Assembly (NCBI GenBank): GCA_964035545.1
Contig: OZ037767.1
Coordinates: 9,496,581-9,560,580 of the forward strand
Source: Bugula neritina
Taxonomy: Eukaryota; Animalia; Bryozoa
Reading direction: 5' to 3'
DNA: 64,000 nucleotides
In this document: positions 1 through 15,375 of the stretch, in pieces
Layout: the number at the start of each line of letters is the position of its first letter
How positions within the stretch are numbered: the stretch's first letter is position 1
Notes under the pieces: generated by a model
The model's database searches: none
What the model saw: only the letters and a program-made list of their open reading frames with translations
What the model was told of the DNA's origin: nothing
Program-made: the position numbers and the translations under genes

Positions 1-752
1 CAGTATTATTTTCTGCACAATTCCAAAGTTATGTTTAAATTGCTCGTACCATATAACATTTCTGTATGGGTAGAAAGTTTGGTATTTACTGATTCAAATC
101 AACATGTTTTGTAGACTAGAAATATATGTTTCAATATATTATATAGGAAGACTAAAATGCTGAAAAATATATCATTTCATCATACATAATGCACCCAGAT
201 TATAATATTTACCATAATATGACAACATCTGTCTTTCGGATGCACGTACAGGCTAGAGTTTGTTGTGTGGGAAATGCTTTGTCTAATTATGCAACACAAA
301 TTCAAACTTATATTCTCAACCTCTTTCTGTGAATGCAATGGCATTAATTTTTTCATGATGCAATAGAGATTTGTAAATTAAATAATAAACAAGTAATAAA
401 TAATTACTAATCAATATAAATAGCTGCTATTGAAACAATTATCTGTATTAAACCTCCTTCATCTGAATAATTAATATTTTTTGGCAAAGTTTCGTGGTGT
501 ACGAGTGTGACTACCCCCGTTAGAGTTGTCCTCTCTAGTGTCTCGTATCCATGAAGTTTTATATAACTTAACTAACACATAACTTTTTCACTTAGCTATA
601 CTACTCTTCGTCAAATCTATTCCCAACTAAAGTATAACTATTTTGCTGTTGAGCTCATAACCAGTACCACATTGAATCAAGTAGTTATTGCCAATACATT
701 GCTGTACAAACAGTGACCTCAGTCTGCAACCATTATATTTATGAAATTTTAG

Positions 753-4399
<3,647 letters not shown>

Positions 4400-5184
4400 C
4401 TGCAGGAGTAAAGTTGCTGCCAGACTTTGTGTATCATTACAGTGGTAGACAGTCATAGCTTGAGCACTGCTCCAAGTTCACATTAACCTACTATCATCAC
4501 ACACTCCTCACTGTAGCATTATGTATTATACATTAACTTTTTGTTTGCAGTCAACTTAACTGCTATTGTCAAGGAATTACACAGTAATCTCTTATGTCTG
4601 GGTATTGGCTTTTGTTATTTCAACAATATCAATATCAATACACTAATGTCAACAATGCCTGCTCAGTTAACTGTCAGTGTGATGACCTGGGCTGATGTGT
4701 AGGGAATGGTGAGAAAGTGCATTTTCAAGGAATGAATTTGAGTTTAAGAAACTCTTGTGTATTGAGGTTACACTTGGCATTTTTACTTTTAAATGTTTTA
4801 AAAAGTATGAGGTCCGTAGATTGATATTTAAAAATTAGTTTCTGCTAAAATAAATATAATTATGCAAACTAAAACAATAAATTTTTCAATGTTGAAAATA
4901 ACTTTAGAAACCTATAAAGTTTGGCCATATTGACAAGAGTCCAGTTGGCTACTGCCGTGGTGTGATTCTGACAGTGTGTCTGCATGTAGCTAAGATTATA
5001 TTTTATAATTTATTTATAATGCGATTCAAAATTGTGAAAAATTACAACCAAAATAGTTATAAGTACATGTGATGCATAATATGAGCAATAAATATAACAT
5101 ACTGGCATAACAAAACAGAAATCAGTATTGGTTTTGTAGTTGTCCATTTCCAGAAAACAGGCTACATAGGAATAAGCTGAGCAC

Positions 5185-8100
5185 CTACAGCTTATAGTCT
5201 TTTGATCTTGTATCCATGTAACCTTTAACCTTGGGCAATGACTCAAAGTTTTTTCTCCAGCTCTGTACTTTTGGCGACATTCTGCTCCAGATATCTGGAA
5301 CTACTGAATCTTCAATGATCTCCATGGTCCCATACAGCCAGAAATCAGCTATTGATAGCTAAAAAAAGTAAACCGCTGTTATTGTAATGTTTATTGTAGC
5401 ACTCACTGTGGCAGTTATTGCGGTTGTTCGAGTGTGACATACTGATGTATGGATATTATGAGCAACAAAAAACAGAATACTATTGAAATGGTAGCCTACA
5501 TGCCCAGAGTTATACGAAATATATACACTGTTATTTTCAACAGTATTCTTATAGCTTGCTCTAGTGATTATCAATATGTTCAGAAAGGCATATGGAATAA
5601 GTCCAAGATTTATAATAGTCTACATACAATTATTGTGGAACAGCTTGACCATTTTCGCACAGAGGTCTTTATTTCTCTGGGTATTTTAATTTATATGTTG
5701 CCTTAATGCTTTGACAGGATAAAAGTATGACCAAACACACCACCTACCTTTTTTAGGAGCCACATATCTCCAGTGATATGGTCATCTAAATATTTGTTAA
5801 GTAAGACAAGGTCTTTTTCCACAAACTCCTTTTCTTTTACTTTTCTTGTTTCTTCATCCATTTTCCCTGTGCCAAGTAAAAACCTGGATGGGAAGATGGT
5901 GGACCTGCAGTCTTCTATCATATACACTAGAGCATTACACTCTACTTCTTCTTCTCCTCCTGTTAGACCTGCAACACAATACTTTGTCTGTTATATACAA
6001 CACAATACTTTATCTGCTGTATCCCAGCCAATATGACCATTGGTGTTCACTCGGCTGGTTTATTTATGCTCCAGGCTTACCTGTCTCTGATCCTAGATAG
6101 TTTAGAATAGCCAAACTTGTGGTAATTTCTTCATCCCCAACTTTTAGCACTGGAAGAAATCCCATTGGAGTACCTACAGTTTAAAAACATGCCAGTAAAA
6201 TAGTTTACTATCATAAAATATGAAAAAAACACAAAACATTATCAAGTCTTCATTCAAGCAGTTGAGCCAACTTCATGCTTTTAAATCAACTTTGGTAAAT
6301 GATAATATTTTTACTGCGTTATAATTGGTACAATAGCATACTATTCTATCTATAGGCCTACAATATGTCTATGCTCTATATAGTATAAGAAATGGTTTTA
6401 AATTTTAAAGTACATATATGTAAATGTTATTATTTAAAGAGAAGTATTTATTTGCCTTATGACTGTGCAAAATATATCGTTTTGCCAAATAATTATTATC
6501 TTTCTTGACTTGATCAGCTATATTATACTTGACTGAAATGTTACATGAGCACTTTCACACTGTTGAAATTTTCAGGAAATATATATATATTATATACAAA
6601 CAGTGCTACAGTTAGCCACTATAAAAGTGTTTAGTAAAAAAATATATATACATCAAACAGATAATTAGATAGCGTTTCATTTATAATACAAACTTACTAG
6701 GTTTCAGAGCTGGCCACTCATCAAAGGTTACAAGTTCATTCTCATGGTCAACATCAGCATGAGCAAATATCATTCTGTACGGTTCACATCTTCCCCTTAC
6801 TCCGTCAAAGTATGTTAGCTTCATTTTCTCACCACACTTCCCTTCACTTTTCTAAGCATAGGTCATCAATTTTGAACCTCAGTTGAAAATTTTATAATAT
6901 GTGGTTCATGTAATCCACTGTAAACTTATATACTTCAGCTCTCAACACAAAACTTAAATATTGTTACAGCATATTAATTCCTTAATCTCAATTTCAGTAA
7001 ACTCAATATAGTTTGTCAACTTAATATTCGAAGTTATTTGTCCAAAATTAGTTCTTCTATTCTGAATAAGCTAACAATATTATACCAAGTATTGGGCTAT
7101 TTGAGGAATACACTCAAAGTTTTTCCTCCAGCTTTGTACTTTTGGTCCCATTCTTGTCCAAGCATCTTCGTCGAGAGAGTCAGTAATAACTTTCATTGTT
7201 CCGTACAGCCAGAAATCAGCTGCTGTCAACTGAAACAATATTCTAGAGTAAGTCCACCCTCAGCTATGATGTACATGAATGTAAATATCTCATATTAGAT
7301 AGTTGTTTTATAGCTAATGTACACCTTTCATACCTTAGAAGACAATAATACACATGGCATAGTAAACTAAGAGAATATAGAAACCAAATACTGTCAGAAG
7401 TTGACAAATCGAAAGCTAATAACTGATATAGATGATCCTTATAATTTCTGCTTATAGAGTAAAATTCATCAACTAAAAATGACTTGCCATTTTGTAGCTT
7501 GTTTTCAATTAATTTCATGTCATAACTTGCAAGTTTTAAAATGAAAGAAATAAGAATAAAAATTTGCGAAGCTTGAATTCGTATGTTTCTCATTAATTAA
7601 ACATAGCTGAAAACCAAGCGGCTGACTGCATGTGATGGCAGGTACCACATGTGAGCTGTAAATGATGGCAGGTGATAGCAGGTGACTGCATGTGATGGCA
7701 GGTACCGCATGTGAGCTGTGAACTATTTCATGTGTCACATGTTTAACAACTGTGTGACAGATATTTGGTGGCTCTATAAACTTTATGCCAAGCGTTACCT
7801 CCCAAACATGTCAGTAGTGCTATTAATTAGTGATAGTAACTTAATTATCACAATCTATAAACATTATTGCTTGTACTGTTATTCAGTTTTTATTCAATAT
7901 TGTTGGCTTTGTTGTGCTGTCATAACTACTATTACTAAGTGATACTAAATGTTGTCACTATACACACTTCAACAACTGTGTTTGCATTGTCTACTAATAC
8001 ATTGTTTTATTTACTTTGCTGTAAAACACACTCAGCCAAAATTAAATCCATGAGGTGTTGATCATCAAATTTCACTAAATGTTTACTAATGTTGTCAAAG

Positions 8101-11100
8101 CAAGCAACCTTATCCTAATAATCTGCTAATTCGTCAGGTCAAATAGCAACAACTCAATTTTAAAAAAAACCATTCGTACTACTATGATATTTATTTGATC
8201 TCATAAATTAAATTTTATGTTTTGCATTACGATATATGAAGTTTGACTTTTGCTGCTTTGTATTGAACATGAGCGAATATTGACATTTACAATATTTCAG
8301 TTGTAGCTGCCTTATCTAAACATTTAATCTATTTATTTAAACTATTTTAAACTGTAATGCCATGCAGTGGATGCAGTGCAATAAAGCCGTAATTCATAAA
8401 CTTTCTTCATTGTGCAATCTAACAGTGAAGTTTTACAAATAACATGTTTTTATGTCTGTGATATGTAATAAATAAATAAATAAATCAATCAATCAATCAG
8501 TCAAACACGAATTACACGAAATTTGCCTCACATATACATTTTATGTAACCTGACTTATTCTGTATCCTCAGACTTTATTCAATAAAGGCCAATGTTTATT
8601 CTGAAGCAAAAATACCTGCATGCATAGTGCATACTAATTAACTGCAACCATACTGCAAGCATATTTTACCTGTGTGCATCTTTTACTTGCAGACAGCTTC
8701 AGCAAATAACTATTACATATGCAGTTACTGGTATATCTCATTGAATGATCGGCTCATACATACCTTAGACAGGAGCCACTTGGATCCCGTGATGTTAGAC
8801 TCCAGATAAGTTGACAGGGTGGCTAGTGGCCCTTCAGCAAAGGCTTTACACTTTTCTTGCCTCGTTTCCTCATTCATCTTCTGTGTTTTAATATGAAGTC
8901 TGTTGAGAAAAAGGTCACCACTCCTACAGTCTTCTATCATGTTAACCATGGCGTCACAGGCTGCTTGCTCCATACTATCTTTCCCTTTAAGGTCTGCATA
9001 TACAGGTATACAATACTCATTCATTGCAGCAGCTGAAAAACTGTGAATTTTTATATCACCATATGGTTCATAGTTTTCATGAGAGTGCGAATCAGTTGCT
9101 TAGTAAAAACAGAAACATTTTACTCTCACAAATTATTTTATAAAATTTTTTTTGTATACCTACAATGATACACCATAACACTACTCTGGTAGCCTATTTT
9201 ACCTATTTTACTGGTAGAAATAGACAGCATATATGTGAATAATACACTATGGCATTGCAGTAACCATTTACTCTTTGTCCTAGGCAAATCTCTTTTCTCA
9301 TGCTTAGCCAACATAGTGATTTCTGTAAACTAGTAGGCTCTGAACTGTTGACAGAAGTGATAGACAAGGTAGCTGTGATAAAATGGCGAGATGAAAAGGG
9401 GTGCCAACACCTCGCCCCTCCTCACCTAACTTAACGAAAAGCTGTAGGGAGAATTCCTCTCACTGAATTTTACCATTTTCTATACTTAAATTACAGTATA
9501 GCTTAGTGAACCTTATGACTAATTTTTCAGTTGGCTTATTGAAAACTCAGTGGCAACGTGTAAAGCTGTTGAGTATTTACCTGCCACTCCAGCCAGGTAA
9601 CTGAGAATAGACAGACTAGAGAGTAGTTCTTCAGATCCAACTGTCATTATAGGAAGTGTACCCATTTTGGTCTCTGCAAAAGTTGAAGTTAAAAAATTAT
9701 GCTGCAGTTCTCTGAAATTGAAAGTCTAGAAAAGTTGTAGGTGTTTGCAGTGTTTTTTTGCACAGTATATTTGAAGTTTTGCATAATAATGCTGATGTTA
9801 TATTCTAGTGCTACAGCTATGCATCATTTAAATAAACTGCTTGAAAGCTAGTTCATTGCCCTTGTTACACTTGCTTTAGTGAAGATGGAATATCTACCAA
9901 TTCTATGAAGTAGGTCTATTTCTTAGAATAGGTGTTACATAAGGATTAATTCATAACTCATAATTCATAAGCCATTACACCACATTTATAAAATAGCCCT
10001 AAAACTAATGGTTGTTGTTATTACTCTCAGACTACACGGTGGAAAATAATAAATGAGTCATACTTGGTTTCAGTGCTGGCCAGTCCTCCAATGGTATGAT
10101 TTCATTCTTAAACTCAGTTTCCGAGTAAGCAAGTATCATAAGAAGAGGCTCACACCGACCCCCATCTCCAAAATGTGTGAATTTTATTTGACCACTAGGT
10201 TGAGCAGGCTGTAATCAATCAGCAAAAATAATCAGTTTTAGATTTTTTCTTCTTTTCCTATGCAAACACCAAACTCTCTTACTTTATTAGTGAATCTAAA
10301 GATTCCCAAAACAGCAAAATTCCCCATTCGATCAACCTTTTAAGATTAACTCAATTGAAGTTTTTCTAAATTTCCAGGCTCAATCATCATACGTCAACTG
10401 ACAGGCTGCTTAATGTAAATCTCTGTTTTAATAATTCAACTGCTTGATCTGTGAGTTTTGTTTCTTTTAGTAGTGATTTTGAGGGCTGAGTAAAAACAGT
10501 ATTTTTCAGCAAAAAGTTGTGATTTGAAAATGAATGTTGATTTTTACACCCACCAGCTTCTATGATGAATTTTAATATGAAGCTTTTGGGGGTGTAAGCT
10601 ATATTGCTCTACTCCACTTGTTTGCTTAATAACACGATTAAGATAGAGACGGCTGTATGGTTTAATCTACGAAATCTGAAGAGATTTAGCTGACAACTTT
10701 TATCTTATTCATCTTTTTATCTTAATCAGCATTGTTCTTATTTCAACCTTAAAACCTTCTGATTTCAATTGCACATATTAGCAGTGCTACATCTTACTGT
10801 GGAAGTATTACTTGCATAGTAGGCCTATGCATTTTCTATTTGAATTGCTTATCTGCAGAGAAATTTTAACATCCAAGTTTAATTGTTTAAGCAGCCTGAA
10901 AGCTAAAGGTAGTCTGTATTACAGCCTATGTGTTAAAAGAACGCAAACTTCATTGTATCTAGAGCCCATATACAGAAAAGATAGCCATTATTAGAAAAAT
11001 GTATACAGTATTGTGAGAGCATGTTTCTACCTGAGTTGGAGTTGTCTGCTTAGATTGTGCCTGCTTAGTTGTAGGAGCTGGTGGCGAGGCCCCTGCAGTT

Positions 11101-11135
11101 GTTACTGGTGCAGATTTACTTTCATTACACCCCAT
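5185..11135 (-). CDS. Tandem two-domain sigma-like glutathione S-transferase with N-terminal MGCxxS acylation motif (452 aa if spliced as one gene)
   Basis: Exons (minus strand) 11135-11031, 10208-10064, 9673-9581, 8993-8764, 7229-7086, 6851-6698, 6173-6081, 5968-5748, 5358-5185. All junctions are GT-AG and phase-compatible; total 1359 nt = 452 aa plus stop. Domain 1: IKFTHFGDGGRCEPLLMIL...DWPALKP...GTLP...LTAADFWL. Domain 2: MKLTYFDGVRGRCEPYRMIF...EWPALKP...GFLP...LSIADFWL. GST identity is secure; the fusion is inferred. Confidence 0.8.
7622..7720. repeat. About 60-bp tandem duplication rich in E-box-like hexamers, in a GST intron
   Basis: TGACTGCATGTGATGGCAGGTACC(A/G)CATGTGAGCTGT occurs twice, 60 bp apart. 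Confidence 0.75.
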
Positions 11136-11408
11136 GCTGATATAGGAACAGAGCTGATGGAACCTGACTTATTCAGACGCTACCCAGTAATACAATGACA
11201 TACAAGTGTCACCTCCGCTATATATTGCAATGGCTCAGTATAATCAGTTTTCCAAACTCACCTAATGTGTTTGTTTTTCATCTTATTTAAACACATATGA
11301 CTGGGCATTTTTATTCTATCGGATTGCCTGAAGATTGATTTCGCAGTTATATCAATATAATACAGCCTATATCTTTTTGTACTAAAATATCAGGTATTCA
11401 CAATCATG

Positions 11409-11881
11409 CAGGGTTAGAGTAATTATAATTGATTGCAATTAATTGCATTTTTCAAGTAACTGAATGTTATTTGTAAATAATGTATAAACTGTAATTGTAA
11501 TTACACTTCTAATGTAATTGATTTTTACAATTACTTTATAATTACATATCAGCTAATATACAAATTTTTAAATGAAACTTCATACTTCTCCTACCATGCC
11601 TACTGTTTAATAAAAAGTTCACATTAGTTCTTTGTAGTATTGTATCACCCATTTTTAAGAACAAAGGTGGTTGTCCACTGGTAAAATTGCCCCAGGTAGT
11701 TGGACACAAGAGCAAGATTGTATAACTTCAATTTATCCCTCGTGAGATTAAAATTAATTGTAATTAATTACATTACCATGTAATTGTAATTAATTTCATT
11801 AATTTTTAACTGATATTATAAAATTGTAATAGGCAAACTTTCATGTAATTATGCATTCATATGCAATTGACCCCAACCCTG
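11409..11881. mobile_element. Degenerate hAT-like MITE between the DNAJA 3' end and the GST 5' end
   Basis: Ends CAGGGTTAGAGTAATT and AATTGACCCCAACCCTG are imperfect inverted repeats, with subterminal GTAATT repeats. No clean TSD. Confidence 0.6.
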
Positions 11882-12444
11882 TCCACAATCAACAAAGACA
11901 AAGTTTATGTAGAGTAACATACTTCTGTATTTATAGTAATAAAAATGTGCAATTTATGGAGCAAACCTTCTGGTAAGATTATTTTAGTTATTGTAGATGA
12001 CAGGAGAACACAAAAATATTCATGTTTATTTAAGCTCACAGTTTTATTCAATTTCCACTAGACCTTTCTACCACTGCTCACAATCCCAAAAAGAGGCAAA
12101 ACCATAGTTAGTCAAGTCAATAGTAGCCAAAATATCGCAAACAACAATGAAAAGTCTGTGGCATCATAAAAACAACTTTAAATTAAATACAGTGTCAATA
12201 GAGAATGTGAAAAAGACAAATGCATAAGATGGATAAAAATGCCCATCACAGATCTACAATGTGAAATGACAGCACAAATTCAGACAATGTCAATAAAAGC
12301 TAAGCTCTTTGTTATGTAATGGTGGCATAATTTTGTTCAGTAATCATAACATATATTGTATTATAATGACCAAAGAGGAATGGTAAATTAACTAGGCTGG
12401 AGACAGAATACATATAAATGAGAATAGCCTAAGAGTTATATGTT

Positions 12445-15375
12445 TTACTGAGTTCCACACTGAACCCGTTGTCCATGACCTTGCATCTCATCATCACTGT
12501 CATACGCTTCACCATTCTGATGCTACAGAAATATGACACATGTATTATACCTGTATTTATCAATATTCAAATAGGGAGCATAACTCCTGTGCATTCAAAA
12601 TAATCAGTAAAGATTCACTTGATTGAACATGGTTAAATGCAAGTTGAATGTTTGACTCACATACATTATAATATTACTATTTAAAGACAAGCACCACCGC
12701 TTACCCGGTTTCTAGCTGATTCAGGGTTGTACTCGTGGAGCTCAACTTCTTCCATCTGGGAGTTGTGTTCCGCAGAGTTCTTTGGTGGCAAAGCCTTTTC
12801 TAACAACTACAACAATTGCACAAGATATGACCGCCACATCAAACTTTGTATAACGACATGCAATAGGAGGTGTTCAGATATGAGTATTGTAACATAAAGT
12901 GAACATAATCTGGTTTATACCCAAGAGTTGCAGCATATATGAAAACACATACATGTCACACAAAGACGTGACATGATGAAGGTTGAGCACTGTCCCTACC
13001 TTGATCTTTTCGGGTGTAAAGAAGCTGCTCTCTGGAAACTCCACCTCAAACTGTATAATGAGTTGTCCCTTCAGGAAAGGATTTTTGTGGGTGGGCATCC
13101 CCTCACCACTGATGGACCGGACAGCGTTGTGCTTTATGACTTGCCCTGAAGAACACCAGTTACAGCTGCAGGCACAGTACACAGAAGCAAGAAACAGACT
13201 ATCGTAGTAACTAGGCAGTTAGGTGTTGAATATTGCATATCCTATAAACATCAAAACAAAGTATTTGCTACGTAAATGTCCACAGTAGCCACACACCTGG
13301 CTCTTGTTTCAAGAACAGAGTTCGATCATCAAGTGTTTTTATAGTCTTCTCGAAACCGCACAGAGCTTCAGTGAGGGAAATAGACATAGTCATAGCAAGG
13401 TCAGAGCCGTGGCGCTTGAACAAGCTGTGTGGTTTCTCCTCAAGTATGATGATGACATCACCCGGTTCCAGCCCGGGCTCCTGGTCCCCTTCGCCGGTGA
13501 ACTTAATACGCTGGTCTTCCTTCATACCTGTTTAATTGATCGATTTATTACATGACACAGACATGGAAACATGTTGCGAAATTTAGTGTAAATATTGGCC
13601 ATAAGAAATAGACATAAACAAAAATGGAGAAAGAAAAGTAAAGTCAGAACTATATTGGATTATTTAAAATAAAAGATCATTTAAGTGTAGTTGACTTTAC
13701 ACTAGACTTATAGCATGCAACACGGGCTAGCTAAACCATAGCATCTAACTTTATTATTTTCAATATCTTGTTCATCATTTTGTTGTTTTGACTGCGGGAA
13801 CACATCTGGTTGCCTAGCAACATATGATGAATGTACAAACACTATAAAAGCACAGCATAGTGAAACAAAATGCCACAGATTGGAATTTGTTAAACACAAC
13901 TTTTCTCTGCACAAGTTGCTGCGCACCTTTGTCAATATGAACTTCTAGTATCTTCTTTTCTTGAATTGTCTTCTCTCCATTACAATCCGGACACATATAT
14001 TTAGCATTAATTTTCTCTCCGCGGCCTTTGCAAATATTACAGTGTGTTTGGAACTGCTGCACCATCCCGGGACCAATTTGCTGCATCCTGACTTGTACGC
14101 CTCTACCATTACATGGAGTGCATTTCTCTACAGCACCTTCCTTTGTGGCACCCACACCTACAGAGTAACAGTAATAGATACAGAAAAACAGTAATGGGTA
14201 CAGGGCACACAGTAATAGATACAGAGTAACAGTAATAGATACAGAGCACACAGTAATGGATACAGAGCACACAGTAATGGGTACAGAGCACACAGTAATG
14301 GGTACAGAGCACACAGTAATGGATACAGAGCACACAGTAATGGGTACAGAGCACACAGTAATGGGTACAGAGCACACAGTAATGGATACAGAGCACACAG
14401 TAATGAACACAGAGCCCAAATTTTGCAGAAAAAGATTTCCTGTTCAATATTATAACCCATGAAAAATTGTGGATGGTGAAAAGGTGTGAACAGTTACCTT
14501 TACAGGTTGGGCATATTATACTTTTTTGTAAAGCTAACTTCTTCATAGTGCCATTGTATACATCTTCAAGAGAGACCTGCAAGTGTTGCAACATATAATT
14601 AGCAAGAAAATTTTTTGATACCAACGGCTTTTTATACTTAGATCTCAAAAACAATTATTTACGCATGATGTAAAGATTAAAGAGACATTAGTGAAAAAAG
14701 CGTAAGCTGATATGCCAACGTTAAAACTAATACACTATGAGATGATACAAGGTGGGAGAAGATACAAGGTGGGAGATGATACAAGGTGGAAGATGATTGG
14801 TGAGCTAGTACAACTGGCACAGTTACCTTGAGTGGATGAGCAACATCCTTTCCCCTCGGGGGTCCTCTTTGCCGACCTCCACCCCTGCCACCAAAGAACA
14901 TATCAAACAGATTCGTGGGAGAACTGAATCCACCATCACTGCCCCCCTCTTTCAGTGCTTGCTCTCCACCTTCGTCGTACAAACTTCTCTTTTTAGGATC
15001 AGATAGAGTCTCATATGCTTGAGAGATCAATTTGAACTAAAGGGAAAAAGAGAGCAGTGCTCAACATTATCTTCATAAAAAATGCTCCCAATAAAATTTA
15101 TTAACATCACAATTATACTGCAATCCAAGGGCATACCGCTCTGTACACTGCATTGCAATAAAACGTAGTTTTTATATGCACCCAGGTGTGCTCATTATTT
15201 AGCACCTACTAAATTATCATAAATTTATACATACTTTTTCAGCTTTTTCGACATCACCAGGATTTTTATCAGGATGATATTTCAAAGCCATTTTTCTGTA
15301 GGCTTTCTTCAAGTCTGAATCGCTTGCATTTGTTTGTACTCCAAGTACATCATAATATTCAGTTTCTTTAACCAT
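12445..15375 (-). CDS. DNAJA1: DnaJ (Hsp40) subfamily A co-chaperone, DNAJA1/2/4-like
   Basis: Exons 15375-15235, 15036-14827, 14576-14498, 14157-13927, 13527-13297, 13145-13000, 12806-12705, 12522-12445. [13 protein letters not shown]...YHPDKNP (J domain, HPD motif), G/F-rich region, four CxxCxGxG-type zinc motifs, C-terminal domains, CaaX end VQCGTQ*. Confidence 0.93.
14160..14415. repeat. 21-bp minisatellite in a DNAJA intron, abutting the splice acceptor
   Basis: Unit CAGAGCACACAGTAATGG(A/G)TA, about 12 copies, degenerating into the acceptor (minus-strand CTCTGTAG at 14158-14165). Confidence 0.92.

Noticed and set aside
14109-14654. Cys/His-rich repeat ORFs (HYCVLCT)n
   Set aside because: Alternative frames of the 21-bp DNAJA intronic minisatellite.
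5185-15375. GST-DNAJA co-regulated stress operon
   Set aside because: Same-strand adjacency only; the GST has its own apparent 5' donor (about 11260) and there is no evidence of co-transcription.
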